Shown: one piece after another, positions 21,373-31,365 of the stretch | Layout of the letters: every line of letters starts with the position of its first letter | How positions within the stretch are numbered: position 1 is the first letter of the stretch | Sequence record: PV754031.1 | Strand: one strand, 5' to 3' | DNA length: 64,000 nucleotides | Position numbers and translations under genes: made by a program | Notes under the pieces: generated by a model | Told to the model about the DNA's origin: nothing | Database searches by the model: none | What the model saw: the letters and a program-made list of their open reading frames with translations, nothing else

Positions 21373-23253
21373 ATGGCTGTTAACGAAAACGAAATCGGCA
21401 CCGTTCAAACTCAAGCTACCACTCCGGCTCCGCAACCCACTGCACAGCGTCAAGCTCAACGTCCTGCTGGCGCACCTGGGTCAACTACTGGCATTAACCA
21501 TCTAATGCGTCGCTCTGGGCGGCTAGATGGTTCTGATGCTCGTTCAGCAGATGCCCTACAAGTATTCACTAAAGTAAAAGAAGAAGCAATCCGCCATCAG
21601 GACCTACCTGATGATTTCGATATCCATCGTTTCGATCGCGATGCGCAACAAGTTGGTATGGCTGGTCTACTAATTGTTAAACTAGCTAAAGATATCAATG
21701 GTTCCATGAAGGCATTCGTTCGTACTCTAGTACTCGATAACCTACCTGGTACTCGCATCCGTCCCCGTACCCACAAGATCAACAATGGTCTAACTGATGA
21801 CATCATTGAAGAGAAGGTACTACCGCGTGATGTATTCACTGCTCAATACTGGAGCAAGATCGGCGAATTCCTACGGAACCGTTACAACATCCCTGGTCTA
21901 GAAGTACTATCTGCCGGTCCCCGTGCAGTGTATGCTGACTTCGACTTCAAAGATGAACTAGCTGTTAAGAACCTACTAGTTGAATCTGTTAATATCTGTG
22001 AAGATGCTATCGCACGTCGTAACAATGAGACTCCGTTCTCTATTGCGACCCACATCAAAGCAGAAAACGAACAGCTTACCTGCAACCTAGACTACAATGG
22101 TATTCCGGTTAAAGATAGCTGCGGTAATCCGATTCGTTCTGACCTGGTTATCTCCACTAGCCGTGGTAAGAAAACCAACGTACCTGAGAACGAGTTCTAT
22201 GATACCGATAGCCAGCTAAACCAAGTTAGTCTATTCGTAGACCTACATTGGACTCCGACCACTGGCCAGCAACAAGGTATGTTCGGCGTAACTCTACCTG
22301 GTGCAGTTCTACCTCCGCAGTTCACTCCTTACATCGTTATCACTGACGTTCGTAAGGCTTCCTGGATCCAAGCATGGACTCTAGAAATGTGGCTGTTCGC
22401 ACTTGGTAATGCGTATCGTGCAACTGCATCCCAGGCATGGGCTCGTACCCTAATGCCGAAGATCGCTACCAGCAAGATGCGTGATATTGGTGCACTTGGT
22501 TATTACTCAGAGCTAGGTAAAGCGATTGAAACTCGCACCGAAGCATTCATGGCAGACGACAGCAACTTCGTAATGCTAATGAACAAGATGGTTAACCAGA
22601 ACCCTGCATTCCAGATCGATATCGATCCGATGGGTGACAACTCTGCTCTTGAGCAAGTAGTCCTAGATGCAGCTGGTGGCGTAAACCAAGCTCGTGCAGT
22701 TAGCCTGATCTTCCAAGCTCTAACTAACCTATATGGCACTGATTTCCGTCAGTTCTATAACCTAGCTGAAGCTGGTCCGATCATCTTTGACAACCATCAT
22801 GAAGTAGACCTCGGTCACTACACTGATGAGCATGGCGAACTAAGTGACCGTCGTGATCTTGACGTTCTAGGTGCCATGAACATGTCTGAAGGTAACGATC
22901 AAGAGTGGAAGACCTGGTATGCTACTCAAGTAGGTAATGACCACATTGTGCGTCGTATGAATAACAGTAAAGGCTTCGACAAGATGTACCTAGGTAACGT
23001 TACCTATACTGGTCGTGCTCGTCGTCTAACCTTTAACCCGAAATTCATCACCGCAATGGATGCCGCAGCAGCAGCAGCTGGTGTAACTGTAACCATGGAA
23101 AACCTAATTACCAACTTCGGTCAACAGCGCTTCGCTGGTTACACCGGTATGGGTAACATGGCTGTTTCTGGTAGTGCACAAGTTGGCATGGCTGGCAGCA
23201 TGGGTCAAACTTACGGCGCTCCTTCCTATAATGCACCGGGTACCTGGTACTAA
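21373..23253 (+). CDS. chmA: Chimallin, phage nuclear shell protein (gp54)
   Basis: 626 aa; [15 protein letters not shown]-terminus and flexible termini match the recalled protein; position directly upstream of the nvRNAP beta-prime gene. Confidence 0.93.
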   Translation: MAVNENEIGTVQTQATTPAPQPTAQRQAQRPAGAPGSTTGINHLMRRSGRLDGSDARSADALQVFTKVKEEAIRHQDLPDDFDIHRFDRDAQQVGMAGLLIVKLAKDINGSMKAFVRTLVLDNLPGTRIRPRTHKINNGLTDDIIEEKVLPRDVFTAQYWSKIGEFLRNRYNIPGLEVLSAGPRAVYADFDFKDELAVKNLLVESVNICEDAIARRNNETPFSIATHIKAENEQLTCNLDYNGIPVKDSCGNPIRSDLVISTSRGKKTNVPENEFYDTDSQLNQVSLFVDLHWTPTTGQQQGMFGVTLPGAVLPPQFTPYIVITDVRKASWIQAWTLEMWLFALGNAYRATASQAWARTLMPKIATSKMRDIGALGYYSELGKAIETRTEAFMADDSNFVMLMNKMVNQNPAFQIDIDPMGDNSALEQVVLDAAGGVNQARAVSLIFQALTNLYGTDFRQFYNLAEAGPIIFDNHHEVDLGHYTDEHGELSDRRDLDVLGAMNMSEGNDQEWKTWYATQVGNDHIVRRMNNSKGFDKMYLGNVTYTGRARRLTFNPKFITAMDAAAAAAGVTVTMENLITNFGQQRFAGYTGMGNMAVSGSAQVGMAGSMGQTYGAPSYNAPGTWY

Positions 23254-23580
23254 TAGGAAATACCTCGGTAGATAGGGATGTTAAATAAGTAACATCCCGA
23301 TTCTAATACTGCGACCCTGGTTCACTTCGGTGATAACGGTTAGGAGTAGGTTCCGTGAAGTAATCGACTAGTGGACTTAGTCTAGGTCGACCTATCACTA
23401 CACGAGGATGATAGATCACTTAACCGAAAGGAGTTACTCAAAAGGTAACGTGTGATCAAAAACTACAATGGATGGTAAATGAGACTAGTGCCGGTATGCT
23501 ACAAAGAAGAGCGGAGGTTAAGCTTTGTAGATGACGCTAGGCTCGGGCCAGGCTCCGTTGGTGGTCCATTGTAAAAACTG
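23254..23580 (+). ncRNA. Candidate structured non-coding RNA or structured 3' UTR of chmA
   Basis: No ORF; multiple helices including two perfect 9-bp stems and an 8-bp stem, a UUCG loop and a 7-bp pseudoknot; bounded by a terminator. Confidence 0.65.
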
Positions 23581-23585
23581 ATATA

Positions 23586-23622
23586 GCGGCTCCTTCGGGG
23601 GCCGCTTATATCTCCTTTTTTT
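23586..23622 (+). terminator. Intrinsic terminator
   Basis: GCGGCTCC-TTCG-GGGGCCGC followed by a T tract. Confidence 0.85.
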
Positions 23623-23647
23623 GTTAATCGATAAATAGGAGTTTGGT

Positions 23648-24784
23648 ATGGGTCTTTATGCCAAAGTTGTTGATCATGATGAAGTACATGATCAATTTAC
23701 GGGTAAACGTATTTATGCCAATGATTACAATACGAGTAACTCAGATGAGAAAGAAGAATTTGATAGGCATTTCTATTCTCATTTCCAAGATTCAGAAGCA
23801 ATTGAAAGTAGCGTAAGTTGTGATTGTCGAGCAATCGAAGACGCACATAAACTCGGAGTAATCTGTGATATTTGTAATACTCCAGTTGTCAATACTTCTA
23901 GCCGCCCTATCGAACCATCAATGTGGGTTCGTACACCAAAACATGTACGTAGTCTAATTAACCCACGTTTAATCATTATGCTAACCGGATATCTAGTAAC
24001 TAAAGAATTCGATTTCTTAGCATATCTAACTGATACTTCTTATCGATACGATGTGGAATCTATTGGTTCTAAAGAAACACGCAGAAAAGTAGATAGGCTA
24101 CTGCATCGAGGATTTGAAAGAGGATTAAATCACTTCATTGATAATTTCAATGAGATCTTCCAATTCCTACTAGATGCAAATATTATTTCTAATAATAAAT
24201 CCGAATTCGCTCAATTCGTTGCTCAGAATAAAGATAAGTTATTCCCTAAATATTTACCAGTTCCTTCTAAACTCTGTTTCGTAGCAGAATCAACCACATC
24301 TGGTACTTACTTAGATAAACCAATTGAAGCAGCAATTGATGCTACCTTAACCTTCGCTAGTATTGATGCATCATCTGTACCACTTAGTCCAATTAAAGCT
24401 CAGAATAGGACTATGCGAGGACTAAGACTATATGGCCAGTTCTACGAGATCTACGCAAAATCACGAATTGCTCAAAAGCCTGGTCTTGCTCGGCGTCACA
24501 TGTTTGGTGCTCGTCTCAACGCTACGGCACGTGCAGTAATCACTTCTATTAGTGACCCGCATGATTATGATGAATTACATATCCCTTGGGGAGTAGGTTG
24601 TCAATTATTAAAGTATCATCTAACTAACAAGTTAAAAGCTAAGTTTAACATGACAACTCGTGAAGCATTCTCATTTGTATATGAGAATGTACTTCAATAT
24701 AACCAAATCATCGCTGATCTATTTAAAGAGTTAATTGCAGAGGCCGCACCATATAAAGGAATGGGTTGCACTTTTCACCGAAAT
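23648..24784 (+). CDS. rpoC: nvRNAP beta-prime N-terminal subunit (gp55), exon 1 of 3; spliced product 487 aa
   Basis: CDC..CDIC zinc site and NATARAVITS; ends ...FHRN, which continues as PTLQRG in exon 2. Confidence 0.93.
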
Positions 24785-25089
24785 TAATTTGTATATTAAT
24801 ACTAAATGGTTTCCTTGTAATAGAAATATTACTCGACAAAACTCCTTTAATTGCTGGGACATCTCAATGAGACAATCAGCAGCGAAGCTTTCCAGAAATG
24901 GATTGAACGTTCAACGACTATCGAAAGGCACGAAAGTGAACCGAGTAGAGTAGAGTCAAGTGACTCGAAATGGGGAGCACCTTACTGGGTAATGCCAAAG
25001 GTGAAGATATAGTCTGGTCTGCATGGTGACATGCAGCTGTCTATTATTAATAGACGGGATAAGCTTAACGAACTTATCTGAACACAACG
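24785..25089 (+). mobile_element. Group I intron 1 (305 nt, phage IA2-like, no endonuclease)
   Basis: P AATTGCTGGGA, Q AATCAGCAG, R TTCAACGACTA, S AAGATATAGTC; P1 GAAAU/GUUUC with U.G at the 5' splice site; terminal G; removal restores RN|PTL. Confidence 0.93.
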
Positions 25090-25197
25090 CCGACCCTTCA
25101 ACGTGGATCTACTCAACAATTCTTTATTACTAAAGTAAAAGATGACATTAATGATAATTCAATCAGCATGTCAGTATTATGCCTTAAAGCGCCTAAT
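25090..25197 (+). CDS. rpoC: nvRNAP beta-prime micro-exon 2 (36 aa, PTLQRGSTQQFFITKVKDDINDNSISMSVLCLKAPN)
   Basis: In-frame between two introns; supplies the residues leading into the catalytic motif. Not in the ORF track. Confidence 0.92.
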
Positions 25198-25690
25198 GGA
25201 CAACTAACTAAATAAGGTAAAAACAATGGAACAAAACGGAGTAGTGTCCGTCTTTGATCCGGCTTCATTTAAAATTGAATATGAAGTGCTTGATAAATAC
25301 CTTATTAAGTTAATCAAGTCTAGTTCCCCCAGTGAGTAATCATTGGGGTGAGTTCTCTCTAATTGCTGGGATATCCTGTTAAACTAATCTACCACTGCGA
25401 GTCGAAAGACAAAGCCAAGGTTTGAAAAAGATTAGGTAGGGCCAATCAGCAGCCAAGCTCCGTAACATTCCATTTAGGAATAGGAGAAGGTTCAACGACT
25501 ATTACGGTATCAGGTGCACCGGTCCTAGAAATAGGATGTAGGGTCAAGTGACTCGAAATGGGAGACACCCCACTCTGAAAGGAAGGGTGAAGATATAGTC
25601 TGGTCTGCATGGTGACATGCAGCAGGTGGTAATTATCATGTGGTAATTATACTACCGGGTATGGATTAACGACCCATACTGAACATAACG
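25198..25690 (+). mobile_element. Group I intron 2 (493 nt) splitting the catalytic N|ADFDGD motif
   Basis: Same P/Q/R/S cores, GNRA-capped hairpin CCCCAGTGA-GTAA-TCATTGGGG, ends GAACATAACG; removal gives APNADFDGD. Confidence 0.92.
25226..25339 (+). CDS. 37-aa mini-ORF inside intron 2 (possible homing endonuclease remnant)
   Basis: TAAGGT SD; MEQNGVVSVFDPASFKIEYEVLDKYLIKLIKSSSPSE. Confidence 0.5.
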   Translation: MEQNGVVSVFDPASFKIEYEVLDKYLIKLIKSSSPSE

Positions 25691-25909
25691 GCGGATTTTG
25701 ACGGCGATCAATTGAATTTAACGTTAATGCCTGATGTGTATTTAACTAAAGCAACTGAACGCATTGCTCCACATACATGGGTTCTATCTATTGATGAACC
25801 ACATGAAATCTCAGGTAACCTTGAATTACAGGGTCCTGTTGTAGAAACGATTATTAACTGGGCGCATGAGAAGTATTTACCACCATTAGAAGAGTGGTTG
25901 AAGTCGTAA
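25691..25909 (+). CDS. rpoC: nvRNAP beta-prime exon 3 (gp56.1-like, ADFDGDQLNLTLMP...)
   Basis: Carries the DFDGD Mg-binding motif; the ORF-track TTG start at 25712 is internal. Confidence 0.93.
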   Translation, partial: ADFDGDQLNLTLMPDVYLTKATERIAPHTWVLSIDEPHEISGNLELQGPVVETIINWAHEKYLPPLEEWLKS

Positions 25910-25919
25910 TAATAAACTT

Positions 25920-25952
25920 GCCCCTACCACTTATGTAGTAGGGGCTTTATTT
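25920..25952 (+). terminator. Intrinsic terminator
   Basis: GCCCCTAC...GTAGGGGC stem followed by TTTATTT. Confidence 0.75.
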
Positions 25953-26005
25953 CCTGTTATGGCAGCGCCTAACTATGGATGTAAAGTTCCACTGGATTTA
26001 ATTTC

Positions 26006-26018
26006 AGATTTATATCAC
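26006..26018 (+). promoter_or_regulatory. Early-type promoter variant
   Basis: AGATT-TATATCAC. Confidence 0.55.
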
Positions 26019-26049
26019 TAAGATGCAATAGTGATAAGGGGAATACCCA

Positions 26050-26238
26050 ATGTCTAATATTCGTGAAATTATTCGACGTAACCCGGAATGTTTATCACAA
26101 GTCGAACGAGATGAACGTGAAGCCAGATCGGTAGCCGTATTCACTAAGAGATATATTACTCGCGGGAATGGTGATGTAGTGGTAAACAGAAGGTTTGTCG
26201 ATGCATATGTCGAAATGATATCTAAGCTTAATGATTAA
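26050..26238 (+). CDS. Small hypothetical protein
   Basis: 62 aa with AAGGGG SD. Confidence 0.65.
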   Translation: MSNIREIIRRNPECLSQVERDEREARSVAVFTKRYITRGNGDVVVNRRFVDAYVEMISKLND

Positions 26239-26298
26239 AAGCAAAATAAATTAATAGGGGAGTTTGAATCCACCTATTAATTCTTTGAGGCTGGTAGT

Positions 26299-26682
26299 AT
26301 GCATGATTTAGTTATCTATTGGAAAGCCCATGATGGTTACTACATACAAGATGAATATGGCGAACATCCTGTAACTTTCCAATTCGCAGAAATTAATTGG
26401 AATTTCACTGGAGCGTATGTATACGGTGGTTCTGAATTAATTGATGATCACTTAAAATTTGGTATAGATTTCAAAGTACGTGATATTGAATGGCAAATTA
26501 GGTTTGATTTAGACGGTAAATTTACTCTGTACAATATGTCAAATAATGATCGGGATGATACCTTTGTAATTCCAGTTACTTCAAAATTTGCCCAATTCTT
26601 TAAAAAGACAGGCAAACATGTAGTTACTAATGAAGTTATCACTATCCCAGTTAATTGCTCTTTTGATAAGCAAATTTATTAA
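26299..26682 (+). CDS. Hypothetical protein
   Basis: 127 aa with GAGG SD. Confidence 0.7.
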   Translation: MHDLVIYWKAHDGYYIQDEYGEHPVTFQFAEINWNFTGAYVYGGSELIDDHLKFGIDFKVRDIEWQIRFDLDGKFTLYNMSNNDRDDTFVIPVTSKFAQFFKKTGKHVVTNEVITIPVNCSFDKQIY

Positions 26683-26694
26683 AGGTAAATAAGG

Positions 26695-27120
26695 ATGAAT
26701 AGTAAATGTAATGAATGTACTAAGCAAATTGATAATTCCCACGATATGCCAAAAACACTTGGCATCTGCCATAAGCATTATCGGTTCAATGTATTTGGGG
26801 ATAATGATTTACTTAAAGATTCTGATAAACTGGTTACATTTGAACTTAATAAAGAAACTAATCTATTTGAATGTATTCTAGAAAATACTAAAGGTGAATA
26901 TACTGGATTTCATCATCCTAAGTTTGGATTCCGTATTAAACATGATGATCCAATCACTATTGTGGTGACTGCACCTGAACATGATATCTATGTTGAATTA
27001 ACTGTAACTGTTGAAGGTGTTACAAAAGCTGTCAATTGGTGCGGTCAGGAACTAGACACATTTAATTTACCTATGCAACATCCATTTAATCTATGCTGGT
27101 CATATACGGCCAATAACTGA
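26695..27120 (+). CDS. Hypothetical protein with an N-terminal CxxC...CxxH putative zinc finger
   Basis: CNEC...CHKH; AAGG SD. Confidence 0.7.
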   Translation: MNSKCNECTKQIDNSHDMPKTLGICHKHYRFNVFGDNDLLKDSDKLVTFELNKETNLFECILENTKGEYTGFHHPKFGFRIKHDDPITIVVTAPEHDIYVELTVTVEGVTKAVNWCGQELDTFNLPMQHPFNLCWSYTANN

Positions 27121-27128
27121 GGTGTATA

Positions 27129-27740
27129 ATGATTGTAGATGCACATGGTGTGGACCTCTTGGACATCTGTGCAGGTGGCCATCTTACACAGCAAACAACT
27201 CAATGGTTGGGTGAGCGTAGTCAGGCACTTCGTTCAACTATGTCAACTGCCGCTGCTAGCTTTTTCAATACTGCACAAAATATGTACAGTATGATTAGTG
27301 AATCAGCTGCTGTTCAAGCACTGCGGAATCTTACCACAAAGAAAGATAACTTATGGCAGTCGAACAACATTGTGTATCTTGAGACATTAGCTGAACTACA
27401 AACAGCTGGTCCGATTATGCAACGTTGGGTTATGGCACATGAGCGTCTAAGAACCATGTATCTTAATAATGAAGTTGATGGATATGGTGGTTCTTATAAT
27501 AACATCCAAGGTGATGCGGTAGGTGAACGACAGTTTGATTATCGTCGCGTGATGGATGGAGTTATGTATACCGATAAGAAAGAATTCGGTTATAAAAACT
27601 ATCACGAAGATATCAAGAGTGATCGTAAACTTAGCCTGCATGAAAAAGTTGACATCCTCCGTATGTGGAATGCTATTGATGGGCATCTAGACGCAGGCGA
27701 GGAAGATCCAACTTCAGTCGTAGGTAATCTTCTAGGTTAA
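27129..27740 (+). CDS. Conserved gp59-like protein (recalled as the nuclear import factor Imp3)
   Basis: 203 aa with GAGGTG SD; identity from recall and synteny only. Confidence 0.7.
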   Translation: MIVDAHGVDLLDICAGGHLTQQTTQWLGERSQALRSTMSTAAASFFNTAQNMYSMISESAAVQALRNLTTKKDNLWQSNNIVYLETLAELQTAGPIMQRWVMAHERLRTMYLNNEVDGYGGSYNNIQGDAVGERQFDYRRVMDGVMYTDKKEFGYKNYHEDIKSDRKLSLHEKVDILRMWNAIDGHLDAGEEDPTSVVGNLLG

Positions 27741-27746
27741 ATAAAT

Positions 27747-27775
27747 GAGAGTCCCATATAGGGACTCTCTTCTAT
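27747..27775 (+). terminator. Terminator-like hairpin
   Basis: GAGAGTCCC-ATATA-GGGACTCTC. Confidence 0.65.
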
Positions 27776-27791
27776 CATTTAGGAGAGATCT

Positions 27792-28127
27792 ATGTCAATT
27801 GATCTACTCGTACCAAATAAACTAAAGATGTTTCAAAAAAGTCCAGATGGTACGGGATATATGTACTTTAATAGTACAGATGGAATAGAACTTAAACACG
27901 ACAATCAAACACGACTATTGTATCTTCCTGATAATGTCTATGTAACTGGTGATTATGTTTCACCTGATGCTAAATTTATTTTCACAGTTATTGAAGGTGA
28001 AGTGGTCTCTATTAAATTAGATACTGGCGAGGAAATACATAGTTATAGTTTTTGTGATGAGAGTCCATTGTGGAACCATCCACATATTGCTTTTTACGTT
28101 AAGGAAAATACCGATGCTATTAATTAA
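27792..28127 (+). CDS. Hypothetical protein
   Basis: 111 aa with AGGAG SD. Confidence 0.7.
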   Translation: MSIDLLVPNKLKMFQKSPDGTGYMYFNSTDGIELKHDNQTRLLYLPDNVYVTGDYVSPDAKFIFTVIEGEVVSIKLDTGEEIHSYSFCDESPLWNHPHIAFYVKENTDAIN

Positions 28128-28566
28128 GCGTAATGACTCATCAATGCCACTACACCCTATTCTTAAATTAACTACTGCTGTAGTTGATTCAACTCGTTTT
28201 AATCTTGAAGAATATTCTTATCTTAAAGAAGCATTTAAGAATGGCACTCTACGTATCTATGTGACTGGATATGACTATGCTTACCCATCTGAAGATGGTC
28301 ATCTTGTTATTAAAGACGAATATCCTAAGGTGGCTAGCAGGCCACCATTTGTACATGTTGGTAGGGATCCAAATGGGTTAATTGATGATACCCAGTTATA
28401 TGTAGCTACAACTCATTTTTCAGGGACAAGTAGTGAAATTACTACCAGACCCACTAGTGTACATGCATGTGTTACTGAACACGATATCGTTTTAACAAGT
28501 ACACTCAAGAAAAAAGAAGGTGCTGTTATCGTGTATCACATTGAATTAATTGCATGTAAATATTAG
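28114..28566 (+). CDS. Hypothetical protein
   Basis: AAGGA SD favours ATG 28114 over 28054. Confidence 0.7.
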   Translation: MLLIKRNDSSMPLHPILKLTTAVVDSTRFNLEEYSYLKEAFKNGTLRIYVTGYDYAYPSEDGHLVIKDEYPKVASRPPFVHVGRDPNGLIDDTQLYVATTHFSGTSSEITTRPTSVHACVTEHDIVLTSTLKKKEGAVIVYHIELIACKY

Positions 28567-28614
28567 TATACTAGTTAATGTAAGTATTTAACTGTATGTA
28601 TCAAGTAATATAAA

Positions 28615-29083
<469 letters not shown>

Positions 29084-29641
29084 ATGACTAGTGAAGTTGA
29101 ACAAAATGAAAGCGAAGCTATGAACTCCATGCTATTAAAACGAATTCATATGCTAGAAGTAACAGTTAGGAATCTAACGAAACATGCTAAAGTTATAGAT
29201 GAGTCTTTCCAACAATTGGTAAAAGTTAAAGCTGAAGAAACTGCAACATTTAATATTCGCGTTAGTCGAGTTCTTGCAGATATTCTTTGCAATATGGGTG
29301 AAAGTATTCGGCGTGAAGTTGATGACGCAATGCGAGCTATCAATGGTGATACTAAACCAATATTCTCACTAGTTGAAGTAGATGGAGTTAATCAGAAAGA
29401 ACATATGGACTCGGTCATTGTTCGTAAAGGCGGTGATAAAGGTTATATGTTTGCTACTGTTGGAACACCTAATAAGTTCACTACTGAAAACTGCGATGCG
29501 TTGATTGATTACCTAAATAGTAATCCTCAACTAATGGAAAACAAAGAAGAAGCTCGTTTTAATATCATCACTACTCTGACTAAACAACAGATTGAACAAG
29601 TTATGGGTAAAGAAGATGGCAACTCCGGAACCGAACACTAG
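29084..29641 (+). CDS. Conserved hypothetical protein (gp63-like)
   Basis: 185 aa, coupled to the upstream gene. Confidence 0.75.
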   Translation: MTSEVEQNESEAMNSMLLKRIHMLEVTVRNLTKHAKVIDESFQQLVKVKAEETATFNIRVSRVLADILCNMGESIRREVDDAMRAINGDTKPIFSLVEVDGVNQKEHMDSVIVRKGGDKGYMFATVGTPNKFTTENCDALIDYLNSNPQLMENKEEARFNIITTLTKQQIEQVMGKEDGNSGTEH

Positions 29642-30224
29642 AGTTACAGATAGCGATAACATGATCATGGATGCAATGCAAGCCATGGTTAGCATTCATC
29701 AGAAAGAGATACCTATTGTCCATGAGGACGTTTTTGTAAAGAATATATTACCGTTACTTGAATGTCCATGGGCACCAGGTGCATTAGATGAATATCGTAA
29801 ATATGTTCATGAGCTATCAAATCCATTACGTGTAGCAAGTGTTAATACCAAAGAAGCAGTTGTACTTTTTACAGTTCCAGCACTTTATCCTCGTCCAAGT
29901 GTTGCAATCTCATCTGGTGAGAATGTTGCTAGTATTTCTAATGTAATGGATTATTATAATAAAGAACATAATCGCAATCCACGTGGTGGGTTTGCTAAAG
30001 AAGCGGCTCAATTCCTAGAGCGGTGTATTTATAATGAACCATTAGAAAAACAACTTCTACAAGTGTTAATCCAAATCTTAGCAGCATATGGTCGGGTATT
30101 AAAAAATACTGATGGTACTCCGTTATATGAGTTACCGAATGCATCTTCATCTAAATCTGGAGGTGTGCAAGTAGATACACCTGAGAATGATGAATGTGTT
30201 TACGGTGACGAATATGAAGACTGA
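29616..30224 (+). CDS. Conserved hypothetical protein (gp64-like)
   Basis: Start MATPEP preferred over 29592. Confidence 0.75.
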   Translation: MATPEPNTRVTDSDNMIMDAMQAMVSIHQKEIPIVHEDVFVKNILPLLECPWAPGALDEYRKYVHELSNPLRVASVNTKEAVVLFTVPALYPRPSVAISSGENVASISNVMDYYNKEHNRNPRGGFAKEAAQFLERCIYNEPLEKQLLQVLIQILAAYGRVLKNTDGTPLYELPNASSSKSGGVQVDTPENDECVYGDEYED

Positions 30225-31353
30225 TAAAACAAAGAAACCTGGCATATTTCGATATTTAACAGTAGGCGATGTCCATATGGGGCATCGCCAAACCCCTACT
30301 GAATTAATCATCAATAACTTTTGGAAAACTGTCCCTGATACAATTTTAAAAGATATTGATATGCTGATTATTACAGGGGATTTATTTGATCGTCAATTAA
30401 ACAATGGCGATCCAGCTGCATACGCAATTGATAGATTTATTACAATACTTCTCTACAAATGTGAAATGTATAATGTAATGATCCGTATTGTTGAAGGGAC
30501 TCCATCACACGATCGTGGGCAAATGCAGTTTTTCGTAGAACAAAAGAATAATGCTAATATTAAAGTTGATTTGCATTATTCAAAGATTCTCGATATTGAG
30601 TATATTGAGAAACTAGATGCATATTTCCTTTATGTCCCTGATAAATGGAATCCATCCACATCAGAGACTTTAAATCAAGTAAAAGATTTAATGCATAAGA
30701 AAGGTATATCTCAAGTTGACTTTACTATTTTACATGGTGCATTTAAACATCAGCTACCAAGTATTGTGGAAGAGCCAACACATGATCCAGACGAATATTT
30801 AGCATTAACTAAATATATGATCAATGGTGGACATGTTCATGAGATGTCTATCTATGAACGCATTTTAGCTGCCGGTGGATTTGATCGATTAAGTCACAAC
30901 GATGAAATTCCAAAAGGATTATTTGATGTTGTGGTAAAAGAAAATGGCGAATGGACTGCTACATTCCTTGAGAATAAGGGTGCGCGTAGATACGATACTT
31001 TGAATGTCCATGGAATGGATACTAAGCAACTTAATTACACTGTTAAAGAACATATCAAGACACTACCAACTAACTCTGCAATTAGGTTAAGATGTAATCC
31101 AGGTGATGTAGCTACTGGTGATCTCGATACATTTCAAAATGAATATCCTAATTTTTCATGGAGTATCTTAATTGAAAAAGTTACTACAAAGAAAAATACT
31201 GTGTCAGATAGCCTAAAGAATTTTGATTTATCAGAATTTTTGGATATAACTCCAGAAAGTATTTCTGATTTAATTATTCCAGATATTGAAAAATTTACAG
31301 CGGACGCTGCTCAGATCCAACGGGTATTGGGATTATTGACAGAGTTCAAATAA
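30187..31353 (+). CDS. sbcD: SbcD/Mre11-like metallophosphoesterase nuclease (gp65)
   Basis: GDVHMG, TGDLFD, GTPSHD and GHVH motifs; true start probably 30214. Confidence 0.9.
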   Translation: MMNVFTVTNMKTDKTKKPGIFRYLTVGDVHMGHRQTPTELIINNFWKTVPDTILKDIDMLIITGDLFDRQLNNGDPAAYAIDRFITILLYKCEMYNVMIRIVEGTPSHDRGQMQFFVEQKNNANIKVDLHYSKILDIEYIEKLDAYFLYVPDKWNPSTSETLNQVKDLMHKKGISQVDFTILHGAFKHQLPSIVEEPTHDPDEYLALTKYMINGGHVHEMSIYERILAAGGFDRLSHNDEIPKGLFDVVVKENGEWTATFLENKGARRYDTLNVHGMDTKQLNYTVKEHIKTLPTNSAIRLRCNPGDVATGDLDTFQNEYPNFSWSILIEKVTTKKNTVSDSLKNFDLSEFLDITPESISDLIIPDIEKFTADAAQIQRVLGLLTEFK

Positions 31354-31365
31354 AAGGCAATAATA

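Noticed and set aside
21597-22739. Several 60-80 aa antisense ORFs within chmA, and similar ones within other long genes
   Set aside because: Shadow frames produced by codon bias of the sense genes; no RBS or protein-like features.
23455-23480. AAAACTAC resemblance to the tmRNA tag region
   Set aside because: No tRNA-like acceptor or T-arm ends and no tag reading frame.
24735-24953. 72-aa ORF spanning the gp55 end
   Set aside because: Runs through the intron 1 ribozyme core; no SD and no endonuclease motif; a chance frame.
25712-25909. Independent 65-aa gene with TTG start
   Set aside because: In-frame ADFDGD precedes it, so it is exon 3 of the spliced beta-prime gene.
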